Shown here one piece after another: positions 56,062-64,000 of a stretch of 64,000 nucleotides of DNA. The notes below the pieces were generated by a model that saw nothing but the letters and a program-made list of their open reading frames with translations, had not been told where the DNA came from and did not search any database. Source of the DNA: an uncultured Candidatus Saccharibacteria bacterium (lineage in GTDB: Bacteria > Patescibacteriota > Minisyncoccia > Phycocordibacterales > Zambryskibacteraceae); contig CAYGIH010000001.1 of the NCBI GenBank assembly GCA_964349945.1, positions 227,718-291,717 on the forward strand. Direction: 5' to 3'. The first letter of the stretch is position 1; every line of letters starts with the position of its first letter. Both the position numbers and the translations under genes were made by a program.

Positions 56062-59000
56062 ATGAGTTTTTCTTTATAGCCTCCCTTAAACCCTGTACCC
56101 GCTGGAATCATACGACCAATAATAACATTCTCCTTCAAGCCTAATAATTCATCCTCCACACCTCTAATCGCAGCTTGTATAAGAACACGAGGGGTATGTT
56201 GAAATGAAGCAGCAGAGAGGAAACTTGCTCTTGAGAGAGAAACCTCGGAGATACCCATGATAACTGAGTCACCCTTTGCTTCTTCTTTGTTTTTACCTTT
56301 AGTTTCTTCATTTACAGCCATATAATCTGACATCTCAACGATATCTCCTCTGGTAAATGTTGTTTCTCCAATACTTCTAATTTTTCGTCTTGAGAACATT
56401 TGGCGAACAATGAGTTCAATATGCTTGTGAGACACAGCTGCACCTTGTAGTTCATAAAGTTTGGAAACTTCATGAATAATATAATTTTCTGTCTTCTCTC
56501 GACCAGCATATCTAAACAATTCATCTAAGTCAGCAGATCCATCTGTTAGGAAGTCCCCCTTTTTCACTTCTTGACCAACCTTTACCAAAATAGTTCTCAT
56601 CACACTAACCCCATATTCATTATCAAGTTTTTTTGTTTTCTTCTTTTCCTCTTTTATCTCTGGAGTAATGACAATTGTTCTATCGCTTCCATCAATTCTG
56701 ATTTCAGAAATAATACCATCCATATGAGCAATAGATGCTGGATTCTTTGGCTTCCTCTTCTCAAAGATTTCTTCAACACGAGGCAAACCAGCGGTAATAT
56801 CTCCACCAACTGAGGCGATACCTCCAGCGTGGAAGGTACGCATTGTAAGCTGTGTTCCTGGTTCACCAATAGCTTGAGCCGCGATTGTTCCTACTGCTTC
56901 TCCAAGTTCTACGATTTTGTTTGTTCCCAAATCTGCACCATAACATTTAATACATACTCCTTGGAGAGATTTACAGGCCATCGGTGAGCGAACGGCGATT
57001 GCGGGTACATTAGCTTTGTCTATAATTTCAGCATCATTCTTGGTGACAAAGTGTCCTTTCTTAAAGAGAACATTTCCATTTGAATCCACAACATCAGCCG
57101 CAAGGAATCTGCCCTTGAGAGTTTTTGTATATGGCATTTCTATTCCTGATGCAGTCATCTTGGTAATAGTTGTGAATTCTTTTGTACCACATTCTTCTTC
57201 TGAAACTATCTCGTCTTGTGCTACATCAAAGAGTCTTCGAGTTAGATAACCCGCCTTCGAGGTATTTAGAGCTGTGTCTGTGAGACCTTTTCTTGAACCG
57301 TGAGTAGTGATGAAATATTCAAGCGGAGTCAAACCCTCCTTATAACAAGAAAGAATTGGGAATTCCAAGGCTTCTCCAGAAACATTTTGAATAATACCTA
57401 TCACTCCAGCCATCTGGTTAATCTGACCCAGGGATCCTCTGGCTCCTGATTTAATCAAGTCGTGGACAGAACCTTTGTCTCCTAAAGTTGCAGGGATAAG
57501 AGCTTCTACTTCACCCTTAACTCCTTGCCAAGCTTCGACTGATTTCTGGATACGTTCACGTTCAGAAATAAGTCCGTCATTAAATTGATCAACAATAATC
57601 TTTATGCTTTCGCGTCCAGCCTGAATCAATCCCTTCTTTTCTTCTGGAATTTTAACATCAGTTAAACTCCATGTAGTTCCTGATTGAGTAGCGTATTTGA
57701 AGCCAAATGATTTAATTCGATCAATAATTGGAGGAATATTCTCTAAAGTATAATGTTCTATCAAATCATCAATGAGAGTTCCCATTTTTTTATTGTTGAT
57801 TTCATAGTTTTGGAACGGATAATCAGCTGGCAAAACAGCATTGAAGAGAAGACGCCCAACAGAGGTCTCAAATATTTTGCCTTCAAAGACTTTGTACTTT
57901 GGAGAATCAGTAGGCATGACATGAATCTTGGCTTGAAGACTTATGGCATCAAAATCTTTCAAAAGAATCGCGCTATTAGGACTAGAGAAATATTTCCCTT
58001 CTCCTTTTTCACCTGCCACAATTCTAGTCGCCCAATAACTTCCTAGAACTAAATCCAATTTATCGATTGAGAGAACGAGATTTCCGTTACCTGGTTTAAG
58101 TATATTTCTATCTGCAGCCATGATAAGTCTCGCTTCAGCTTGAGCCTCATCTGAAAGTGGTACATGAACAGCCATTTGGTCTCCATCGAAGTCCGCATTG
58201 AAGGCAGTACAAACAAGAGGGTGAAGCTGAATAGCATTCCCTTCAATCAAAACTGGTTGAAAAGCCTGAATACCAAGTCTGTGCAGAGTAGGAGCACGGT
58301 TTAAGAGCACATATTTTCCTTTAATTATTTCTTCAAGAATAGCCCATACTTCAGGAATGGCATCTTCTATTAATCGTCTTGCTCCAGGAATATTGTATGC
58401 AAGTTCTTTTTTTAGAAGTTCAGAAATTATGAAGGGTTTAAACAATTCAAGAGCCATATGTTTAGGCAACCCGCATTGATGAAGATGAAGTTCTGGACCC
58501 ACCACAATTACCGAACGTCCAGAATAATCTACACGCTTTCCTAATAAGTTTGCACGGAACAATCCTCGTTTACCTTTGAGGTTATCTGAAAGAGACTTTA
58601 GGGGACGACGCTGAGATTGATTACCTGAAGCTTGTCCATGTCGAATTGAGTTATCAATAAGTGCGTCTACTGCTTCTTGAAGAATTCTTTTTTCATTACG
58701 GAGAATAACATCAGGAGCGCTGATATCCATAAGTTTCTTTAGACGATTGTTTCTGTTTATTACTCGTCTATAAAGATCATTCACATCGCTTGTTGCATAA
58801 CGCCCTCCATCCAAAGGCACCATTGGACGTATGGCTGGAGGAATAACTGGAATACGTGTAAGGAACATCCATTCAGGACGTATGCCCGCGCGCTTCATCC
58901 ACTCTATAGTGCTTGAACGTTTATGCAGTCTTGAGATTTCAGTAGCTGGTGCTGTTTCTATTTGAGTCTCGATTTCCTTGAGCAACTTGTCCATATCTAC

Positions 59001-59687
59001 CGCCTTCAGAATATCGAAGATTGCCTCTGCACCAATCCCCGCTTCGAAGATTGTTGAATATTTCATGGAGAAACGATGATATTCAACTTCATCAAGAACT
59101 CTACCCAATTCAATTGATTCAATATCTTTTTTGGCAGCAAGGGCAAGTTCCTTTAGAGCGTCTTTTGACTTTTCATCTTGAAGAGACTTTGTTTTTGATT
59201 TAAATTCTGAATCAAGATCTTTTAGAACTCTAGTTTTCTCTGCTTCTGAGACCGCGGTCACAATATATCCAGCGAAGTAAATTACCTTCTCAAGATCAGC
59301 AACTGGAATACCCATTACTAATGAAATTCTTGAAGGTACATTTTTAAGGAACCAAATATGTGCGACAGGAGAAGCGAGTTCAATGTGACCCATTCTCTCT
59401 CGACGAACAATTGAGCGAGTTATCTCTACCCCACATTTCTCACAAACAATCCCCTTATATCTTATACCTCTATATTTACCGCAATAACATTCGAAATCCT
59501 TGTCTGGACCGAATATTTTTTCATCAAAGAGACCGTTTCTCTCACTTCGTTGAGTTCTATAGTTGATGGTTTCTGGTTTGGTAACTTCACCGAATGACCA
59601 CTCCTTGATTCTCTCTGGAGACGCCAACTTGATAGAAATCAAATCGAAATCATTTGTGTCTATGTTTTTGTTTCGTGGGATGTTCAT
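56025..59687 (-). CDS. rpoC: DNA-directed RNA polymerase beta' subunit
   Basis: 'NADFDGDQMAVHVPL' active-site motif. 1220 aa. Its 3' end overlaps the dnaG start by 37 nt. Confidence 0.97.
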   Translation of the reverse strand: MNIPRNKNIDTNDFDLISIKLASPERIKEWSFGEVTKPETINYRTQRSERNGLFDEKIFGPDKDFECYCGKYRGIRYKGIVCEKCGVEITRSIVRRERMGHIELASPVAHIWFLKNVPSRISLVMGIPVADLEKVIYFAGYIVTAVSEAEKTRVLKDLDSEFKSKTKSLQDEKSKDALKELALAAKKDIESIELGRVLDEVEYHRFSMKYSTIFEAGIGAEAIFDILKAVDMDKLLKEIETQIETAPATEISRLHKRSSTIEWMKRAGIRPEWMFLTRIPVIPPAIRPMVPLDGGRYATSDVNDLYRRVINRNNRLKKLMDISAPDVILRNEKRILQEAVDALIDNSIRHGQASGNQSQRRPLKSLSDNLKGKRGLFRANLLGKRVDYSGRSVIVVGPELHLHQCGLPKHMALELFKPFIISELLKKELAYNIPGARRLIEDAIPEVWAILEEIIKGKYVLLNRAPTLHRLGIQAFQPVLIEGNAIQLHPLVCTAFNADFDGDQMAVHVPLSDEAQAEARLIMAADRNILKPGNGNLVLSIDKLDLVLGSYWATRIVAGEKGEGKYFSSPNSAILLKDFDAISLQAKIHVMPTDSPKYKVFEGKIFETSVGRLLFNAVLPADYPFQNYEINNKKMGTLIDDLIEHYTLENIPPIIDRIKSFGFKYATQSGTTWSLTDVKIPEEKKGLIQAGRESIKIIVDQFNDGLISERERIQKSVEAWQGVKGEVEALIPATLGDKGSVHDLIKSGARGSLGQINQMAGVIGIIQNVSGEALEFPILSCYKEGLTPLEYFITTHGSRKGLTDTALNTSKAGYLTRRLFDVAQDEIVSEEECGTKEFTTITKMTASGIEMPYTKTLKGRFLAADVVDSNGNVLFKKGHFVTKNDAEIIDKANVPAIAVRSPMACKSLQGVCIKCYGADLGTNKIVELGEAVGTIAAQAIGEPGTQLTMRTFHAGGIASVGGDITAGLPRVEEIFEKRKPKNPASIAHMDGIISEIRIDGSDRTIVITPEIKEEKKKTKKLDNEYGVSVMRTILVKVGQEVKKGDFLTDGSADLDELFRYAGREKTENYIIHEVSKLYELQGAAVSHKHIELIVRQMFSRRKIRSIGETTFTRGDIVEMSDYMAVNEETKGKNKEEAKGDSVIMGISEVSLSRASFLSAASFQHTPRVLIQAAIRGVEDELLGLKENVIIGRMIPAGTGFKGGYKEKLICEEQSTPSKID

Positions 59688-59691
59688 GGTT

Positions 59692-62600
59692 TTATTCGTT
59701 AGTTGATGAAGCCTCTGGTAATACTCTCTTTTTCTTTTTTAACTCCATGTCCAAACCTAAGCCACGAAGATTATTCAAGAGCACATTAAATGATGCTGGT
59801 GTATTCGGAAGAGGAATCTTTTCTCCTTTCACTATGGCATCAAAGGCGGCTGAACGTCCTGTAATATCATCAGACTTTATAGTAAGCATTTCTCGTAGAG
59901 TATGTCCTGCGCCGTGTCCAAGAAGTGCCCACACTTCCATTTCTCCGAATCTCTGACCTCCATTTTGAGCTTTTCCTCCAAGAGGTTGTTGAGTGATAAG
60001 AGAATAAGGACCGATAGAACGCATGTGAATCTTGTCTTCAACCATGTGGTGAAGTTTGAGGATATACATATATCCAACAGCAATATCCTGTTCGAATTCC
60101 TCACCGGTTCTTCCGTCAAACAATTTAACCTTGCCTGATTTTTCGAATCCTGATTTGACTAATTCTTCTCTAATTTCTTCTTCTGTTGCTCCAGCAAATG
60201 GAGGCACAATAGCTTGATAATTTAGAGTGTGAGCTGCAAGCCCAAGGTGAAGTTCAAGGATTTGTCCTAGGTTCATACGTGAGGGCACCCCGAGTGGTGT
60301 GAGGATAATGTCTATAGGAGTTCCGTCCGCCATATATGGCATTTCTTCTACTGGTAGAATCCTTGAGATAACTCCCTTGTTTCCATGCCTTCCGGCGAGT
60401 TTATCTCCCACAGAAACATTTCTGAGTTCTGCTACTTGGATGTGAATTTGTTTAATGATTCCTGAATCCAATTTGTCTCCCTTTTCTCTAGAAAATACTT
60501 GAACAGAAATAATACGTCCTCGTTTTCCTCCTTCCATTCTCTTCGAAGTATCCTTTACATCACGAGCTTTTTCTCCGAATAGTGAGCGAAGCAATCTTTC
60601 TTCTGGAGTAAGTTGAGACTCGCCCTTTGGAGTAATCTTGCCTACTAGGATGTCTCCTGGACGAACTTCTGCACCAACACGGATGATACCGTCCTCAGCA
60701 AGGTTCTTGAGTTTTGATTCACCAACATTTGGGATGTCACAGGTAGTGACTTCTGGTCCAAGTTTTGTCTCTCGAACGTTTATGGTGAAGTCTTCAATGT
60801 GAACAGAAGTAAACTTTGATTCTTTAACCAATCTTTCAGAAAGAATAATGGCGTCTTCATAGTTTGCTCCTGACCAAGACATAAAGGCTACTAATATATT
60901 TTGTCCAAGTGCCATTTGACCATGGTCTGAGGTAGAAGTATCTGCGAGCACATCACCTTTCTTTACTTTTTGCCCAATTTCTACAATTGGTCTCTGATGA
61001 AAAGCGGTAAAAGTGTTGGTCATAGAGAAGTTTACGAGTTTGAAATTAATCTTTTCTCCCTTGGTATTCTCCAAGACTATTTTCTTACCATCTACAGCAA
61101 CAACTGTGCCTGCTTCTGGAGCAATAACTAATCTACCTATATCTCGAGCAGCCTTTTCCTCTATACCTGTAGCCACAAGTGGTGCTTCAGGGATAATACA
61201 AGGAGTACCCTGTTTCTGCATGTTAGAACCCATGAGTGCTCGACTCGCATTGTTGTGGTTCAGGAAAGGAATCATTGAAGTCACAATAGAAAAAGCTTGA
61301 TTTGTAGCCACATCAATATAATTAACATGACTTCTTTCTACTGTAATAGGAGTGCCTTTGTGTCTGACTTCTACAGTATCTGGAATAATGTGACCACTTG
61401 GATCAATTGGAGTTGCTCCGTGGGCAATATTATGTGCTTCCTCTTCAAGAGCATTGAGATATTTTATCTCCTTTGTTACCTTTCCATCCTTCACAACTGC
61501 ATAAGGTGTCTCTATCATGCCAAAGTCATTTACACGTGCATATGAAGCGAGACGCAAAATAAGACCGATGTTTGGTCCTTCTGGAGTTTGAATAGGACAA
61601 AGACGACCATAATGAGATGGGTGAACATCACGCACTTCATAACCAGCACGAGCACGAGACAAACCTCCAGGACCTAGAGCTGAAAGTGTTCGAAGGTGTT
61701 CGAGCTCTTCTGTGGCATTTGTTTGTTGCATGAACTGAGAGAGTTGGTTCGTAGTGAAGAACTCCTTCATTCTGGCTTGAAGTGGTTTAGGAGAAATAAA
61801 GTTCACAGGCAAAGTCACATCCGTATCAATAGTGGACATCCTGTTTTGAATATTTCTCTTGATTTGAGCCATACCAACTCGGATTTTTTGCTGGAAAAGT
61901 TCACCGACGTATCTAACTCGTCTTGAACCAAGGTGATCTATGTCATCTTCAACTGAACCAGGAGTAGAGTTGAGCATCGCTATGTGCGACAAAATCAAAA
62001 CTAAATCTTCAATCGAAAGGGTTCTGCGCTCAATCTCTTTTGGGGTCTCCTTTAATCCAAATCGCCTTATAAAAGCGTAGCGACCAACTTTGTGTATGTC
62101 GTATCTTTCTTCATTAAAGATTGATTCGACGAATTCACGCGCATTATCTGCAGAAGCGAGATCTCCATCTCGAAGTCTTTTATGGATTTCTATACAAGCT
62201 TCATCAACATTTGTGGTATGATCCTTCGCTAGTGATTTCTCAATAAAATGCTTTGCATCAGGATAATCCTTAAATAGAGCCATTATTTTCTCATTTGTGG
62301 CTACTCCAAAGGCTCGAAGAAGAACTGTGACAGGGAATTTTCTCTTTCTGTCTATACGAACATAAATAACTCCGTCTAAATCTGTTTCAAACTCTATCCA
62401 GGCTCCACGAGCTGGGATGATTTTCCCTCCAAATGTTTTCTTGCCTTTTAATTCCTGAGAAGTAAAAAACACACCGAAAGAACGAGCTAATTGTGGAACG
62501 ATCACACGCTCGATGCCAGAGATAATAAATGTTCCATGGGAAGTCATGAGTGGGAAATCTGCCATGAAAATCTCTTGTTCCTTCTCTGTCTTCATGATGT

Positions 62601-62919
62601 GATTCTTCAAACGAATCTTCACCTTTAGAGGTGCTTCGTATGAGAGCTTCAAATCCTTTGCCTCATATTCATTTAGCTTTGGTTTCTCTAATTCAAATCC
62701 AACAAAATCAAGCTGGAATTTTCTTCCAGAGAAATCTTGAATTGATGAAAACTCCTCAAATACTTCCTTGAGACCCTTTTCTATTAACCATTTAAACGAA
62801 TCTACTTGAGAGATTACCAGGTTTGGCATCTCTGTCAGCGGTTCACGAAACTTTCCGAAAAACTTCTTCTCTCGGAGCTTCATCGTAGGATTAGCTCCTT
62901 TTGTTTTATGTATAGACAT
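59692..62919 (-). CDS. rpoB: DNA-directed RNA polymerase beta subunit
   Basis: 1075 aa with beta-subunit conserved regions ('GPGGLSRARAGYEVRDVHPSHYGR', 'NMQKQGTP'). Immediately upstream of rpoC. Confidence 0.97.
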   Translation of the reverse strand: MSIHKTKGANPTMKLREKKFFGKFREPLTEMPNLVISQVDSFKWLIEKGLKEVFEEFSSIQDFSGRKFQLDFVGFELEKPKLNEYEAKDLKLSYEAPLKVKIRLKNHIMKTEKEQEIFMADFPLMTSHGTFIISGIERVIVPQLARSFGVFFTSQELKGKKTFGGKIIPARGAWIEFETDLDGVIYVRIDRKRKFPVTVLLRAFGVATNEKIMALFKDYPDAKHFIEKSLAKDHTTNVDEACIEIHKRLRDGDLASADNAREFVESIFNEERYDIHKVGRYAFIRRFGLKETPKEIERRTLSIEDLVLILSHIAMLNSTPGSVEDDIDHLGSRRVRYVGELFQQKIRVGMAQIKRNIQNRMSTIDTDVTLPVNFISPKPLQARMKEFFTTNQLSQFMQQTNATEELEHLRTLSALGPGGLSRARAGYEVRDVHPSHYGRLCPIQTPEGPNIGLILRLASYARVNDFGMIETPYAVVKDGKVTKEIKYLNALEEEAHNIAHGATPIDPSGHIIPDTVEVRHKGTPITVERSHVNYIDVATNQAFSIVTSMIPFLNHNNASRALMGSNMQKQGTPCIIPEAPLVATGIEEKAARDIGRLVIAPEAGTVVAVDGKKIVLENTKGEKINFKLVNFSMTNTFTAFHQRPIVEIGQKVKKGDVLADTSTSDHGQMALGQNILVAFMSWSGANYEDAIILSERLVKESKFTSVHIEDFTINVRETKLGPEVTTCDIPNVGESKLKNLAEDGIIRVGAEVRPGDILVGKITPKGESQLTPEERLLRSLFGEKARDVKDTSKRMEGGKRGRIISVQVFSREKGDKLDSGIIKQIHIQVAELRNVSVGDKLAGRHGNKGVISRILPVEEMPYMADGTPIDIILTPLGVPSRMNLGQILELHLGLAAHTLNYQAIVPPFAGATEEEIREELVKSGFEKSGKVKLFDGRTGEEFEQDIAVGYMYILKLHHMVEDKIHMRSIGPYSLITQQPLGGKAQNGGQRFGEMEVWALLGHGAGHTLREMLTIKSDDITGRSAAFDAIVKGEKIPLPNTPASFNVLLNNLRGLGLDMELKKKKRVLPEASSTNE

Positions 62920-63114
62920 TAGACAGAAAATTTAAACACCACCACACTAGGTTGTGTTTCTTATAAAATTAACTATTAAGCAAAACGGAACTTTTTTAAC
63001 AAATGCGCCTTGTTATTTCCACTTTTTGCTTCGATTTGGTCATAACTAAATCGTTCTCGAAGTTGGGCATAGTATATAGACTGCATGAATATGTGTCAAT
63101 CACCTTATCCCCAG

Positions 63115-63143
63115 TTAAAAAAGAACCATCACTTGGATGGTTC
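63115..63143 (-). terminator. Intrinsic terminator on the minus strand (GAACCAUC-loop-GAUGGUUC followed by U6) between trmD and the rpoB promoter region
   Basis: 8-bp perfect stem followed on the minus strand by TTTTTT. Confidence 0.6.
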
Positions 63144-63326
63144 AATCTGTCTCTCGTGTCTGGGCTCCATGAACCCACCTCTCTCCACACATTCAACGAT
63201 AGTGTAGAGACGACCCTTCCTTACCTTCTCAGTATCGACGTATCCGACGATAAGTGTATTGGTCTTGAGCGCCACATGGTCAATCTCTTGCCAACCACAC
63301 CGCCCACAAGGAAGCTTGCTATACAT
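63129..63326 (-). CDS. GC-rich small ORF (65 aa, CxxC-containing) with strong SD, ending in the terminator; coding status uncertain
   Basis: GAGGG lies 6 nt before the ATG. 'LPCGRCGW' motif. Locally elevated GC. Occupies the slot where rplS would normally follow trmD, but it is not L19-like. Confidence 0.3.
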   Translation of the reverse strand: MYSKLPCGRCGWQEIDHVALKTNTLIVGYVDTEKVRKGRLYTIVECVERGGFMEPRHERQIEPSK

Positions 63327-63376
63327 GGTTAATCCCTCAATAACCGGGTTTGAAGAACATCTACAACTACCCTATA

Positions 63377-64000
63377 TTATTTTCTCTTTTTCTTCCACTC
63401 CTCTATTTTGGCTTGATGGCCTGAGAGTAAAATTTTAGGCACTTTATATTTCTTACCTTTATATTCAAATACTTCTGGGCGAGTATAAACTTCACTAGTT
63501 GATATTCGACTTTCTTCTAAAGAATCAAAATTACCCAAAACTCCTTCAACTTGTCTGGCCATCACATCTATCATAAGCATTGCTGGAAGTTCCCCACCAG
63601 TGAGCACAAATGGTCCGATAGAAATATCCTCCATTTTGAAAACCTTTTTGATGCGTACATCTATACCTTCGTAGCGTCCAGAGACAATAATGATGCTTTT
63701 GTACTTCTTTGAAACATTCTTCGCATATTCGTTTGTGAACTGCTTGCCCGAAGGACTTAGAAAAATAATCTTAACTGGTTTACCCTTTGCAGTCTTAACA
63801 GCTTTCTCTATAGCCTTTATAACTGGCTCGGCCTGAATAACCATCCCTGGACCACCACCAAATGGACGTCTATCTATACGGTCATGTTTATTGTCTGCGA
63901 AGTCTCTTGGATTATAAAAGCTAACCCTAAGCTTTTTGTCTTCTATGGCGCGCTTAAGAATCGACTCACCAAGGTAGGAGTCAAATGCATGTGGGAAAAG
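63377..64000 (-). CDS. trmD: tRNA (guanine37-N1)-methyltransferase TrmD, 5'-partial (continues past the window edge)
   Basis: 'GRYEGIDVR', 'ISIGPFVLTGGELPAMLMIDV' SPOUT knot motifs. The in-frame translation continues upstream to position 64000 ('RDFADNKHDRIDRRPFGGGPGM'). Confidence 0.85.
   Translation of the reverse strand, partial: LFPHAFDSYLGESILKRAIEDKKLRVSFYNPRDFADNKHDRIDRRPFGGGPGMVIQAEPVIKAIEKAVKTAKGKPVKIIFLSPSGKQFTNEYAKNVSKKYKSIIIVSGRYEGIDVRIKKVFKMEDISIGPFVLTGGELPAMLMIDVMARQVEGVLGNFDSLEESRISTSEVYTRPEVFEYKGKKYKVPKILLSGHQAKIEEWKKKRK

Noticed and set aside
62996-63332. Overlapping ORFs 62996..63196 (-) and 63003..63332 (+) upstream of rpoB
   Set aside because: Mutually overlapping frames in the rpoB leader/promoter region with no SD. 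Only the 63129..63326 minus-strand ORF has an SD and a terminator, and even that is listed at low confidence.
1-64000. CRISPR arrays, IS elements, integrases or prophage blocks
   Set aside because: No direct-repeat/spacer periodicity, transposase or integrase-like ORFs were seen. The only repeats are the short TAGCT arrays and the Q-rich codon tract.

Overview
The window is AT-rich (about one-third GC) and gene-dense, with almost no accessory DNA. Many enzymes are shortened (AlaRS 578 aa, LeuRS 746 aa, HisRS 359 aa, Fmt 247 aa, YchF 271 aa). Together these point to a reduced bacterial genome, probably Patescibacteria/CPR-like. The left 7.5 kb is a minus-strand block: grpE-dnaK-dnaJ, rpsI-rplM, and rplQ-rpoA-rpsD-rpsK-rpsM-rpmJ-infA. 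rpmJ was missed by the ORF track and found by hand. The next 12.5 kb is also minus-strand: two hypotheticals (an actin-fold protein and a bitopic membrane protein), alaS, a UDG-family glycosylase, MgtC, an ATP-cone/PD-(D/E)xK nuclease fusion, mnmA, an MltG paralogue, a hypothetical membrane protein, a sigma-region-4/HARE-HTH protein and leuS. The 20-29 kb stretch is the most accessory-like part: ychF, a CAP-domain membrane protein, a 683-aa secreted beta-helix protein, a divergent ECF sigma/anti-sigma pair facing an FN3-repeat secreted protein, a flavodoxin-like oxidoreductase, small proteins and two divergent tRNA-Ala genes. From 29 kb onward there is a minus-strand run: ddl, uvrC, uvrA, uvrB, tgt, mreB. 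It is followed by a plus-strand priA-like gene with degenerate Walker motifs, def and fmt; minus-strand hpf, a cupin protein and a second mltG; tRNA-Asn; plus-strand typA, minus-strand truB, plus-strand hisS; two PolB-exo-like nucleases; uppP and a DsbA-like protein. The right end is a contiguous minus-strand rpoB-rpoC-dnaG-rpoD block with partial trmD at the window edge. The most unusual signal is a set of short GC-rich islands (about 45-50% GC against about 33% background) wedged between housekeeping genes (ychF/membrane protein, uvrC/uvrA, uvrA/uvrB, fmt/hpf, trmD/rpoB). Each carries strong hairpins or intrinsic terminators, and each contains at most a short, compositionally atypical ORF. 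They are best explained as unannotated structured RNAs or foreign mini-genes. A recurring start-proximal motif (TATAAT/TAAAAT fused to AGCTAT, with tandem TAGCT units) directly abuts several start codons and tRNA 5' ends, which suggests leaderless transcription.
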